A stretch of DNA of 64,000 nucleotides from a virus, in the IMG/VR virus record IMGVR_UViG_3300002835_000025. One strand, 5' to 3'. Numbering within the stretch: position 1 is the first letter of the stretch; every line of letters begins with the position of its first letter. Below are positions 46,640 through 56,377 of this stretch, in pieces. The notes under the pieces are model-generated. The model was given only the letters and a program-made list of their open reading frames with translations, was not told where the DNA came from and ran no database searches. Made by a program: the position numbers and the translations under genes.

Positions 46640-46688
46640 ACATCCTTGTCCATGCATATCCCTATGCAGTTCCATTATTGTATTTATA
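46637..46688 (-). ncRNA. Candidate late small RNA with four ANGGA (CsrA/RsmA-type) sites
   Basis: Minus strand: TATAAATA-caataATGGAactGCATAGGGATATGCATGGACAAGGATGTtc. Confidence 0.45.
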
Positions 46689-46777
46689 CTAAAATAATAG
46701 TGTACTATTTCGATAATCATGATATAATAGTTTCAGATTACCAATAATGGTAATCATCATTGAAGAGGAATTTTATA

Positions 46778-47056
46778 ATGGCTTATTTTAATAACACTAT
46801 TACTAATGGCGGATTATTCAACAATGGTCTTGCCAATTTTGAATACAGAGTTAGTACAGGTGATGCAGAAGGTCAAGGAACTTGGGGCATTGAAAACGGG
46901 TTTAAGTATGAAATAGCAATGTCTGACGGTTCCGTTAGATTTGCAAACATTAAGAAAACTGTTGCTTATGTGTGCATCGATATTGATGATCTATGTAAAC
47001 CAATAGTAGAAAAGTGGAAAATTAAACATGTTTGGACCAACGAATTTTTAAAATAA
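46778..47056 (+). CDS. Hypothetical early protein
   Basis: Promoter plus GAGG RBS. Confidence 0.65.
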   Translation: MAYFNNTITNGGLFNNGLANFEYRVSTGDAEGQGTWGIENGFKYEIAMSDGSVRFANIKKTVAYVCIDIDDLCKPIVEKWKIKHVWTNEFLK

Positions 47057-47064
47057 TAGTGTAC

Positions 47065-47098
47065 AAGATGGTACTATATGATATAATAGTACCATCTT
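47065..47098 (+). promoter_or_regulatory. Early promoter stem-loop (PeSL-like)
   Basis: AAGATGGTACTAT / ATAGTACCATCTT inverted repeat around the -10 box. Confidence 0.75.
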
Positions 47099-47119
47099 AA
47101 CTTGACGAGGAACTTAATC

Positions 47120-47341
47120 ATGCTATCAAAAATCACCAAAGCAAATCCTGCTTTCAAAACCAATATCCTATTTGCAATATATGGATTACTCATTGGCGCC
47201 GTACTTACCAGTGGAATCATCTATCAATCCACTAAGCATTCATATTTCAAGGTATTTAATACTAAAATTGGCTTGATGGTTATCGTCAATGGCGGAGTCT
47301 ATACACTTGAAGAAATCCGTAAATGTTCTAATGATTGCTAG
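47120..47341 (+). CDS. Small membrane protein
   Basis: One TM segment; RBS. Confidence 0.6.
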   Translation: MLSKITKANPAFKTNILFAIYGLLIGAVLTSGIIYQSTKHSYFKVFNTKIGLMVIVNGGVYTLEEIRKCSNDC

Positions 47342-47402
47342 GAGAACTAAGATGAATGTAATTGAACCAACTTGAAGCTGAAAGAACCATTGGAACCAAA
47401 TT

Positions 47403-47630
47403 ATGAAAGATAAAATTAAAGAACTTGCTTACCAAGTTAAACTACTCGATGACGACGGATGGAATACTTCTAACTTGACTCGGGACGTTGAAAAGTTTGC
47501 TGAATTGATTATTCAAGAATGTATTGGTCAATGCTTGTCTGTAACAGGAACTGAACACTATGGTTCAGTGGATGGATTTGTTGTGGATGAATGTGTAAAA
47601 AGAATTAGAAACCATTTTGGAGTAAAATAA
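47403..47630 (+). CDS. Conserved phage hypothetical protein
   Basis: EKFAELIIQEC...IRNHFGV. Confidence 0.7.
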   Translation: MKDKIKELAYQVKLLDDDGWNTSNLTRDVEKFAELIIQECIGQCLSVTGTEHYGSVDGFVVDECVKRIRNHFGVK

Positions 47631-47816
47631 TGACTACTGTTGCTGAATTTATGGCCGTATCTACAAACTCTTCCTCAGGATGCACAAGTTAAAGTTTTAT
47701 CATATGATACTGGAAGATGGGAACCTTTGTTCATCGCGGCAGAATTGGATCCTTATTACAGTGATACTTGTTGGTTTGATGTTGATGGTAATGAACTTAG
47801 ACTTGGAGAAAAATAA
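47630..47816 (+). pseudogene. Frameshifted small gene (MTTVAEFMA/YLQTLPQDA...)
   Basis: Removing one base near 47666 gives a 61-aa ORF that fills the gap between the neighbors. Confidence 0.55.
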
Positions 47817-48067
47817 TGGCTAATGTATATGTTGTAACTGCTTATCGATTTGGTGACCGTGAAAGACATTCTTACGTGGTTGGAGTTTTTACTAATGCAG
47901 AATTGGCAATTGAAGTTGCTGAACAAGTACCGGATGAACGTGCAGGAAAATATTACGCTGAGGTACTTAAATTTGGTCTTAACAAAACTGATAATGATGA
48001 ATTTGATGCTGTGTGGCCATTATCACGGTACGATGAAATCAAAAAACTATATGGCGAGGGAGTATGA
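47816..48067 (+). CDS. Hypothetical protein
   Basis: YVVTAYRFG..ERHSYVVGV. Confidence 0.7.
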   Translation: MANVYVVTAYRFGDRERHSYVVGVFTNAELAIEVAEQVPDERAGKYYAEVLKFGLNKTDNDEFDAVWPLSRYDEIKKLYGEGV

Positions 48068-48251
48068 GAAGATTTAAGTTAAACGCGGGTATCCATTTGA
48101 TGGAAGAATCAGATGATGGTTATTGGGTAAGATACATAGATTTGGAACCAATCGTAAAAGCAATAGCATCAGGCAATACTGATGACTATGGCGATTTAAT
48201 TATTCCGGTAGAAAAAGTACAAATACTTTTAGATTTTGCACAGGTAAAGCG

Positions 48252-49241
48252 ATGAAACAATATTACGATCTTCTTCAGAAAATCATGGAAACTGGTAATC
48301 CAACTAATGATAGGACAGGAGTTGGCACTCTTTCACTTTTCGGCGAGCAACTTAAATTCAATCTTCAATCTGGATTTCCTTTACTTACTGGCAAGTTTAC
48401 TTCATTCAAGACAATCTCAAACGAACTGTTGTGGTTCCTGAATGGGTATACAAACAATGAAGATTTAAGAAAATTGAATGGTAATGATAAACCAACCATT
48501 TGGGAAGAATGGTCAACGCCTTCGGGTGACTTAGGTCCAATCTACGGTAAACAGTGGCGTAACTGGGGTGCCGTTCCTATTCCAAATATGCCAACAGAAT
48601 CTATGGATGGTATTGACCAAATTGAAAATCTTATCCGTGGTCTTAAAGAAAGACCATTCAGTCGTCGTCATATTATATCAGCATGGAATGTTGCTGATTT
48701 GCCAAGCGAAGAATTAACGCCTCAAGAAAATGTAGAATCAGGTAAGATGGCTTTGGCGCCTTGTCATGCATTTGTTCAGTTTGGTGTTAGAGAATTATCC
48801 TTCAGTGAACGCGCTGTTCTGTATGTCCAGAAATATTTTGGTACTCATTTTGGACTTGGATATGATAGGGACTATGAGAATCTTATGAATAATGTTGGTG
48901 TTCCTAAATATGGATTATCTTGTCATTTATACCAAAGAAGTGCTGATATCTTTTTAGGAGTTCCCTATAACATTGCTAGTTATGCGTTGTTCACTGAAAT
49001 ACTCGGCAATTTGACAAATATGTTACCAGAGAATTTGATTATCTCATTTGGCGATGTTCATCTATATAAGAATCATATCAACCAAACAAAAGAACTACTA
49101 TCGCGGAATCTTGCAGAATATGCATTACCTACGTTGGTATTCAATGACCATTATAATTCTATTGATGAGATTAATGAATATAGTTATACCATTAAAGATT
49201 ACCGGTCACTTGGATCTATTAAAGCAGAGGTTGCGGTGTGA
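48252..49241 (+). CDS. td: Thymidylate synthase ThyA
   Basis: DRTGVGT, ELLWFL, LGPIYGKQWR, MALAPCH, YQRSADIFLGVPYNIASY, GDVHLY. Confidence 0.97.
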   Translation: MKQYYDLLQKIMETGNPTNDRTGVGTLSLFGEQLKFNLQSGFPLLTGKFTSFKTISNELLWFLNGYTNNEDLRKLNGNDKPTIWEEWSTPSGDLGPIYGKQWRNWGAVPIPNMPTESMDGIDQIENLIRGLKERPFSRRHIISAWNVADLPSEELTPQENVESGKMALAPCHAFVQFGVRELSFSERAVLYVQKYFGTHFGLGYDRDYENLMNNVGVPKYGLSCHLYQRSADIFLGVPYNIASYALFTEILGNLTNMLPENLIISFGDVHLYKNHINQTKELLSRNLAEYALPTLVFNDHYNSIDEINEYSYTIKDYRSLGSIKAEVAV

Positions 49242-49711
49242 AGCCATTTGATAATTTATATTTAATTGCCGCAGTAGCAAAATTCGGTGTTATTGGAGAC
49301 TCATACACTCCTGGCATGCTTTGGCATTGCCGAGAAGAACTTAAACACTTCAAAAATACGACAATGGGTTCTACTATAGTTATGGGTAGGATTACTGCTG
49401 AAACCACTGGCAAATTACCTGGGCGTGACTGTATTGTATTAAGTAGAGATCCTAATTATAAATTAGAAGGATTTACTACAATGACAATTGATAATTTCTT
49501 GACTTATGCTCAATGTAATCCAACAGTAAGTTTTATGATATGTGGTGGAGGTGAAATATATCTTTCTCTTATAGCTTATTGTAGGATTGCTATTGTATCA
49601 AGAATGAAGTTAGAAGTCAAAGGTGATATTACTTTTTATGTTCCGTCAGAATTTGAAAAGTACAATGTAAGAGAATTTTCTGACTTTACTGTAAACTACT
49701 ATTCACGCTGA
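49238..49711 (+). CDS. frd: Dihydrofolate reductase
   Basis: VIG, W...ELKHFK..T.G..IVMGR.T, LPGR..IVLSR, GGGEIY. Confidence 0.93.
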   Translation: MKPFDNLYLIAAVAKFGVIGDSYTPGMLWHCREELKHFKNTTMGSTIVMGRITAETTGKLPGRDCIVLSRDPNYKLEGFTTMTIDNFLTYAQCNPTVSFMICGGGEIYLSLIAYCRIAIVSRMKLEVKGDITFYVPSEFEKYNVREFSDFTVNYYSR

Positions 49712-49724
49712 GGATTTATGAAAT

Positions 49725-49901
49725 ATGATGAAACTATTCTGTATTTTAGTCTTGTTTGTATCTACTGGATGTGCAGTATATCCCACTTCTTATCGCGGCT
49801 ATAGTTATTATCCAGGCACTGTTGTGTTGTATCCCAATCATAATAACCATTGGCATGAGTACCAACATAGTCATCGTTGGAATGATAATTGGAGTAGATA
49901 A
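49725..49901 (+). CDS. Small lipoprotein-like protein (not in the ORF track)
   Basis: MMKLFCILVLFVSTGC lipobox-like signal, Tyr/His/Trp-rich tail. Confidence 0.5.
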   Translation: MMKLFCILVLFVSTGCAVYPTSYRGYSYYPGTVVLYPNHNNHWHEYQHSHRWNDNWSR

Positions 49902-50374
49902 TGTATTGGTTATATGAATATGCTGAAAGAGCTGGATTTAAAGTTAGTAATGATGGTGTTATCACATCGGATGAGGACTTGAAAATCCCATTAGAAACTT
50001 TTGCAGATATGATTGCTAATGAGACATTAAAACAATACCTTGCCGGTGTCTGTGCTGCTATGAGAAATGGACAAACTCTGCATTAATGTTTACAAGACTG
50101 TATTATATGATATAATGATATTGTCAATACTTTATGAGCTTATTATGGCGCAATTTGAAAAATTAGATGAATATCTTATCGTTAATACCAATACAAAGAA
50201 TGGTATGTTATCAGCAAAATCACTTTGCAACGCATTGGTACTTGTTGACGACTTGAACCAAAAGTGTATAGAACATAGCACTGCCACCAGATACAAAGTC
50301 ATTGTTAAACCAGATTGGGAATGGATTGGTTGGGACGAAGTTAAAATTTTAGTTGATATTTGAGGAGAACTTAT

Positions 50375-51421
50375 ATGCCTGTAGAATTTAGAAAAATGGT
50401 TACTATCAATCCAGTAGTTGAAATCAAATCCATCGCTGGTGCTGATTTGATTTGCGCATACAGAGTTAAAGGTTGGTGGGTAGTTGACCAAGTGGGAAAA
50501 TATAATGTAGGTGATTTAGTACTCTATGCTGAAATCGATTCTTGGATTCCTCATGATATTGCTCCATTCTTATCCAAAGGTAAAGAACCTAAAGAGTATA
50601 ATGGTGTTAAAGGTGAACGATTAAGAACTATCAAGTTGAAAGGTCAAGTGTCTCAGGGATTATTATTACCAATGAATCTTTTGGACTCTACTGAATATAA
50701 TAGTCATTTGCCAGACTCAGCAGAAACTATAGATGTATCTGATTTTTTGAATGTTCAGAAATGGGAAGCTCCTATTCCTGCAAATCTTCGTGGTCAGATG
50801 AAAGGTAATTTTCCTGCATTTATCCGCAAGACTGACCAAGAAAGATGCCAGAATTTGGTAGAAGAAATTGGCCATGAATTTTTCCACCAATGTCATTTTG
50901 AAGTGTCTTTGAAGTTAGATGGCTCGTCATGCACCGTTTATCATAATGCTGGTTTGGTAGGTGTCTGTTCAAGAAATTTAGATTTGAAACTTGAGCAAGA
51001 AGGCAATTCATTCGTTGAGATTGCCAAGTCGACTGGATTACTGAAAGCATTGATTACACTTAATGAGAATATTGCGGTCCAAGGTGAATTAATGGGACCT
51101 GGTATTCAAGGTAATAAAGAAGGATTTGATTCTCATAAGTTGTTCATCTTCGATATCTTTGACATTGATAACCAATGCTATCTTGAATTTTCTGAAAGAA
51201 TGAATTGTATTCTTAGACTTAAAGATGCTGGTTATACTGGTGACATAGTACCTACCTATCATGTTGGTCCTTTACAGCATGGAAATATTGAAGACCTATT
51301 GAAAATGGCTGATGGTCCATCGATTAATGCTAAGGTTAGAGAAGGTTTGGTATTCAAACGAACTGATGGTCAATTCTCATTCAAGGCAATCTCTCAAAAA
51401 TTCCTATTGAACGAAAAGTAA
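50375..51421 (+). CDS. RNA ligase, DRB0094/Rnl2-like
   Basis: N-terminal OB-like domain, KTDQERCQN, KLDGSS, SRN, QGELMGPGIQ, REGLVFK, SFKAIS. Confidence 0.92.
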   Translation: MPVEFRKMVTINPVVEIKSIAGADLICAYRVKGWWVVDQVGKYNVGDLVLYAEIDSWIPHDIAPFLSKGKEPKEYNGVKGERLRTIKLKGQVSQGLLLPMNLLDSTEYNSHLPDSAETIDVSDFLNVQKWEAPIPANLRGQMKGNFPAFIRKTDQERCQNLVEEIGHEFFHQCHFEVSLKLDGSSCTVYHNAGLVGVCSRNLDLKLEQEGNSFVEIAKSTGLLKALITLNENIAVQGELMGPGIQGNKEGFDSHKLFIFDIFDIDNQCYLEFSERMNCILRLKDAGYTGDIVPTYHVGPLQHGNIEDLLKMADGPSINAKVREGLVFKRTDGQFSFKAISQKFLLNEK

Positions 51422-51430
51422 TTTATAATG

Positions 51431-51457
51431 AAGCCAGTCTCTGCACTGGCTTTTTAT
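51431..51457 (+). terminator. Rho-independent terminator
   Basis: AAGCCAGT-ctctgc-ACTGGCTT-TTT. Confidence 0.8.
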
Positions 51458-51554
51458 TGCCCCGAAAATAATTTGATTATTTTGAATTCTTTTGTGTACT
51501 ATTACTGAAACCATGATATAATAGACTCATACCAACTAATAGAGGATTTATATC

Positions 51555-51752
51555 ATGAAAACAGAACCTACATATTTTGAAACTCTTAATGAAGCACTTG
51601 AAGCTGAAGGTTTAACACAATTTTGGCCAACAAATCTAAACATCAACTATGGCGAAAGTGTTTCTATAATCATTAACTTTTTGTCAATATCAATCTATCG
51701 TAGCAATACTACTGGTAGATATGAAAGACCTGTCCATTATAAAACAATTTAG
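51555..51752 (+). CDS. Hypothetical early protein
   Basis: YFETLNEAL...ISIYR..GRYERPVHY. Confidence 0.7.
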   Translation: MKTEPTYFETLNEALEAEGLTQFWPTNLNINYGESVSIIINFLSISIYRSNTTGRYERPVHYKTI

Positions 51753-51844
51753 GAGATTACCATGGTTGTTCAAGATAAAGTAACTGGTAAAATGTATGAT
51801 CCTCAAGAGGAATTTGATAATTTTTTTAGTCAACCTGAAGTAAC

Positions 51845-51917
51845 TGAACAAATGGTAAGAATGAAAAATCATGATTATGAACAAATGGTAAGAATGAAAA
51901 ATCATGATTATGAACAA
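51845..51917 (+). repeat. 33-bp tandem duplication inside ORF 51762-52034
   Basis: tgaacaaatggtaagaatgaaaaatcatgatta x2 plus a partial copy. Confidence 0.9.
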
Positions 51918-52035
51918 TTAGTTCTTAATATGTACTTCGGCGGAATGTCAATAAAAGAAATAACGTATGAAATAGGAATTCCTGTTGATGAAGTTAAAAA
52001 CATTATTTCATACATGTCATCAGCGGAGAATTAAA

Positions 52036-52224
52036 ATGAGCATTTATAAAGAAAATGGTTATACCAATAGAAATAATTATTTAAGTCATTTGTCAGAAGA
52101 TTATGGCATTGAACTTGGAATAGTACTTGAACTTGCGGATTTATTTGGTCCTGAAGAAGATTTTGATGGATTATTAGAAGCACTAAATGACTATGGCAAT
52201 TATGGATTTGGAGAGTTATTATGA
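52036..52224 (+). CDS. Conserved small acidic phage protein
   Basis: IYKENGY.NR..YL..L.EDYG...GPEEDFDGL. Confidence 0.75.
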   Translation: MSIYKENGYTNRNNYLSHLSEDYGIELGIVLELADLFGPEEDFDGLLEALNDYGNYGFGELL

Positions 52225-53027
52225 TAGATATTAAAACAAACACGGAGAATAACATGAAAGGTCAAATAAGGTTTATATTAGCATTGTTTATTATTTTTAC
52301 TGCTGTCAATCTAGAAGGAATAGTTGATATGCCAACAGAACTTACAATTGCTTTTGTTGGTATTATGATTGGAGCTTGGGGAATGGTTGATTCATTGGAG
52401 AGAAAATAATGAGCGGAAAGAATTTTATCTATTTTATTGATGTACTATTAGCAGTTTCTATACTGCCATTCTTTTTCTACATTGCAACTTCTGGATTCTT
52501 TGTTGTTGCAGCATTCTTTATCATTCTGATAATTGAGATGATGGTCGATTATACTCGAGTTAGAAAGTACTTTGTCAATATGATGTTAAGAGCAAAATGC
52601 GATGTCTGATATAATTAACAAACTTAGAGAAGAACAATCAAGATTGTATTGCAACTTACAAGTCAAATACGACCAATTGTTCCGACTTGAAGATGAAGTA
52701 AAACGACTGAAGTATGAAATATTTAGAATGGAAATAGATAAATGTTTGGTTGAACATGACTTAGGAAAGGAACTCAAGAATGAAAATAAATCCAACGGTA
52801 ATTAATTACATTATCAATAGTAATATCAAGTACAGACAAGACCTAGAATCAATGGTGGATACTATGAAATTCAATCAAGTGCTTACTCAAATCAAAGAAG
52901 CAAATGCTGTTGCTCATTTGATTGATGTTCAAAACAAACAACATAATGATGGACTATACAAAGATCCTACTTGGATTAATGGTGTTCATTGTCACAATTC
53001 AATCAGCAAACACAACTATACTAAACT

Positions 53028-53495
53028 ATGAAAATTGAAATTGGAAAAACTTACGGGACTGGACATGGCACTAAAGTTACTATTGTAGGAACAGATTATA
53101 CCATTCGTTCTGATTATAAATTTATTGGCACCACTTTTGATGGTTCAGTAAGAACTTATGATAACTATAACGAGCAAGGTATATGTTTATTCGGCGATTG
53201 GGATAGTAATTTATTAAAGGAATTTAACAGATCATTCGGATTTCCTGAAACTGAAAAACCTTATCATGGAACTCCATATTACTTTCCAGATATGTCACCT
53301 GATGGATACTCTGGCTGTACTTGGTCCGATGATGCATTCGACCATTGTCTATTGATAAATGGACTGCTATATTTGGATAAAGAGGATGCTATTCAGGCGT
53401 CTGAAATCATAATTAATCTGCTAAAGGAGTATAATGAAAATCGTATCAAAAGAAGAGATAATGGAGAGACTTGGCTGTTCAAAAACCCAGGTTGA
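53028..53495 (+). CDS. Hypothetical protein
   Basis: 155-aa ORF within a run of coupled small genes. Confidence 0.6.
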   Translation: MKIEIGKTYGTGHGTKVTIVGTDYTIRSDYKFIGTTFDGSVRTYDNYNEQGICLFGDWDSNLLKEFNRSFGFPETEKPYHGTPYYFPDMSPDGYSGCTWSDDAFDHCLLINGLLYLDKEDAIQASEIIINLLKEYNENRIKRRDNGETWLFKNPG

Positions 53496-53615
53496 GATGG
53501 CGGAATATTCTGGTTATATCCCACCTTCAAAAGATGGAGTTTGGGATGCCGATAAACTTGAAGAATATTTGGTAAGATGGGATGCTAAACTCAAACGTAA
53601 AGCGGAATCAATGCA

Positions 53616-53774
53616 ATGACTAGTCATTGCAAAGGATGTAAATACCATCACATTGCAGGACATCCTAAAGATTCAAGATTAATAAAGCATAATGATTGGT
53701 GCTGTGCTTTTGGTAAAACTGCGTCAAAATGCGTTGGTCATTGTAAACTACAAAATGCTAAGGAACCGAAATGA
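53616..53774 (+). CDS. Small Cys/His-rich protein (not in the ORF track)
   Basis: HCKGCKYHH...WCC...C..HC; ATGA overlaps at both ends. Confidence 0.55.
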   Translation: MTSHCKGCKYHHIAGHPKDSRLIKHNDWCCAFGKTASKCVGHCKLQNAKEPK

Positions 53775-54075
53775 GCGATTTAATCCAACTAGTAAGCAAA
53801 AAAGAAAAACCATCTGATGCTGAATTCCAAAAGCAACTAGATGATGAATACTATGAACAGATGACTGATCTTAGAGATGAAATAGATTTGGCTCTCACGT
53901 TAGCATATACCAAAGATGGATTACTATTGACGGTATCTAATGGAGTTGATTCAAAAACTGCTCTTTGGATGATTGAAGAGTTTCGGATGAATTTGTTAAC
54001 TGGTTCATTTAACGATTATAAATAAGGAATAAAAATGCAAACTGGGAATATTACAGTTCCCAGTTTCCTAATTAT

Positions 54076-54846
54076 CTAAAAATATTGTTTAAATTCAGGA
54101 TATAATCTAGAAATACATGGTTTAGTATAAGTCTTTCTAGTTTCAATAATCGATAAGAATTTTGGTTGAGGAATTCCTTTCTTTGCTGCAGATATATTTG
54201 GTTGCTTCTTGCCTTTCTTTGTGGCGGATAATTTGTTACCAAATCCTTCTGGTTTAGGAATGCCAGTTTTTACATAAGATAATTTTGCACCAAATCCTTC
54301 TGGTTTAGGAATGCCTTTAGTACTAGATGATAATTTTGCACCAAATCCTTCTGGTTTAGGAATTCCTTTAGTACTAGATGATAATTTTGCACCAAATCCT
54401 TCTGGTTTAGGAATTCCTTTATTTTTAGAAATTCCTCTATTTCCAGGTTTTCCTTTATTATGAGCCGGTTTTCCTTTTGCTGAAGCAGATCGTTTAGCAT
54501 TAGATTCTTCTGATTGTTTCTTGCCAGAAGTAGTAAATCTGATTTTACTACCGTGATGACATCTTCTGTTAAGCATCAATGGATTTTTAAGTTCTTGGTA
54601 TATTAGAAACTGTTCTAGGTCGTATGCCTCGAGTGGATCAACAAATTCCTGGATGATGGTATAGTTAAATTCTTGGAATCTTGGTTCAACTGTTTTTGAT
54701 GATGTAAAATAGTCAATACCTAAATCCTGATTTGCTGGGACTTTATTGGCTTTACGAAATCCAAAATAAAATTCGCCAGTAGTTGGATTGTCTAGTCTAT
54801 AGACATAGGATAATACTGGTTCTTGATATATACTTGTGCTGGTCAT
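54076..54846 (-). CDS. Free-standing GIY-YIG-like homing endonuclease with tandem NUMOD3-like repeats
   Basis: YVYRL.N..TGEFYFG, YFTSSK, LN; 4 x 17-aa KGIPKPEGFGAKLS repeats (51 bp each). Confidence 0.8.
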   Translation of the reverse strand: MTSTSIYQEPVLSYVYRLDNPTTGEFYFGFRKANKVPANQDLGIDYFTSSKTVEPRFQEFNYTIIQEFVDPLEAYDLEQFLIYQELKNPLMLNRRCHHGSKIRFTTSGKKQSEESNAKRSASAKGKPAHNKGKPGNRGISKNKGIPKPEGFGAKLSSSTKGIPKPEGFGAKLSSSTKGIPKPEGFGAKLSYVKTGIPKPEGFGNKLSATKKGKKQPNISAAKKGIPQPKFLSIIETRKTYTKPCISRLYPEFKQYF

Positions 54847-54990
54847 GATAGTTCCTTGAATTATTGATAGAATGATTAGTGCTAGTGGGATGTAGGAGTC
54901 CGCGACTAGCTTTTTGTTTGTATGATCTATTTATAAGATTTAGATGTTGACATTTTTAGAATAGATGATATAATAGATTTTTATCATGAG
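54838..54990. promoter_or_regulatory. Conserved endonuclease leader plus back-to-back promoters, copy 2
   Basis: Similar to 11462-11620; stem GCTAGT/ACTAGC; TATAAATA on the minus strand at 54928-54935; GTTGAC..TATAAT on the plus strand. Confidence 0.75.
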
Positions 54991-54998
54991 GAAATAAA

Positions 54999-55232
54999 AT
55001 GCAGGTACTTGGCAAAAACGTATTAGTGTTAAAACAGAAACTAGAATATACTGGATTGATTCAAGGTGTAGAGTCTGATGATAATATTAGAGCAAAGGCA
55101 ATGAATCTTGGTGATGACGTTACCCTAGTGGAATTAGGTAATATTCTTATCCTTAACTGGAAGAAAGCTAAATGGGTATCAGGTGAGTTGTATGTTATCC
55201 ATGAAGATGAAATAGCCGCAATTATTGAATAA
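54999..55232 (+). CDS. GroES/Cpn10-like co-chaperonin
   Basis: LGKNVLV...GLI...GDDV..VELG....IHEDEIAAII. Confidence 0.65.
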   Translation: MQVLGKNVLVLKQKLEYTGLIQGVESDDNIRAKAMNLGDDVTLVELGNILILNWKKAKWVSGELYVIHEDEIAAIIE

Positions 55233-55470
55233 GGAATTATATTATGTGTGAAACAGTATTGACAGCAGTTAGAGTTAAAATCCTTAAAGCCAACATGAGA
55301 ACTTATTGGTATGCCGGTAAAATTGATGAGGAATTTTGGGTACTTAAAGATGATGACAATTCAGGTTATAAATTAGTCGAACACACTGCGGGTCGATGGA
55401 TTGACTTTGATGACTGTGAAGTTATCCGCGCTGGTAATCTTCGAGTCATTACTACAATAGAGGAATTATA

Positions 55471-56262
55471 GTGAAAATAGACGTCATGAGTGATGTCCAT
55501 CTTGAATTTGGTTTCTATGAACCAGCGAACGAGAATGGTGCTGATGTTCTCGTTCTTGCCGGTGATATTTGTGTACTTGAGCAATTAGGAAAAGAGTCTT
55601 ATACTAGTATAAAAGAGTTCTTCGAGATGGCATCACATAATTATGATGATGTTGTCTATGTTATGGGCAATCACGAACACTATCATGGTGATATTCTAAA
55701 TGCGACCACAATTTTTAAAGAAAAGTTCCATATACTTAAGAACATTCATCTCCTGGACAATAGTAGTATTGCTATCGGTGATACTACTTTTATTGGGGGC
55801 ACGCTTTGGACAAACTTTAATAATGATTCTTATGCAATGAAAACCATTGCTAGGATGATGAATGACTATAGATGCATTGACTATGACGGTAAATTGTTTA
55901 CTGCGGGTAAATCGGTAGAATTGCATTATAATACTATGGAATACTTTAACAAGATGGTGCCAGCATTCCATAAAGTCGTCATGGTCACCCATCATTCTCC
56001 TAGTTTTAAAAATCTTAGCGAAAGATTTTCCCAAGGAAATTCATGTTCAGTTAATGATAACAATATAAGAAACCTGGCATACCATTCAAATCTTGATTAT
56101 TTTATACTAGGACATCCTCAAATTAAAGCATGGATTTCCGGACATACACATGATCCATTTGACCATTATCTTGGAGATACCAGACTTGTCTGTAATCCAA
56201 GAGGTTATATTGGATATGAAAAAACTGCTATTAATTATAAACCATTACAGATAGAGATATGA
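55471..56262 (+). CDS. Calcineurin-like metallophosphoesterase
   Basis: SDVHLE, LAGD, GNHEHY, THHSP, WISGHTH, NPRGY. Confidence 0.93.
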   Translation: MKIDVMSDVHLEFGFYEPANENGADVLVLAGDICVLEQLGKESYTSIKEFFEMASHNYDDVVYVMGNHEHYHGDILNATTIFKEKFHILKNIHLLDNSSIAIGDTTFIGGTLWTNFNNDSYAMKTIARMMNDYRCIDYDGKLFTAGKSVELHYNTMEYFNKMVPAFHKVVMVTHHSPSFKNLSERFSQGNSCSVNDNNIRNLAYHSNLDYFILGHPQIKAWISGHTHDPFDHYLGDTRLVCNPRGYIGYEKTAINYKPLQIEI

Positions 56263-56377
56263 AAAAACAGACTCCTACACCAGCAATCCACGAACAAAAT
56301 CCAAACTATGAATCCAAAAGAGTAATGCACAATGGTTCTATTGTTGTACTGCATTTTGGACCCAAAAAGAAGACACG

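Noticed and set aside
54230-54425. CRISPR-like array
   Set aside because: These are 51-bp in-frame coding repeats with no unique spacers, inside the endonuclease gene.
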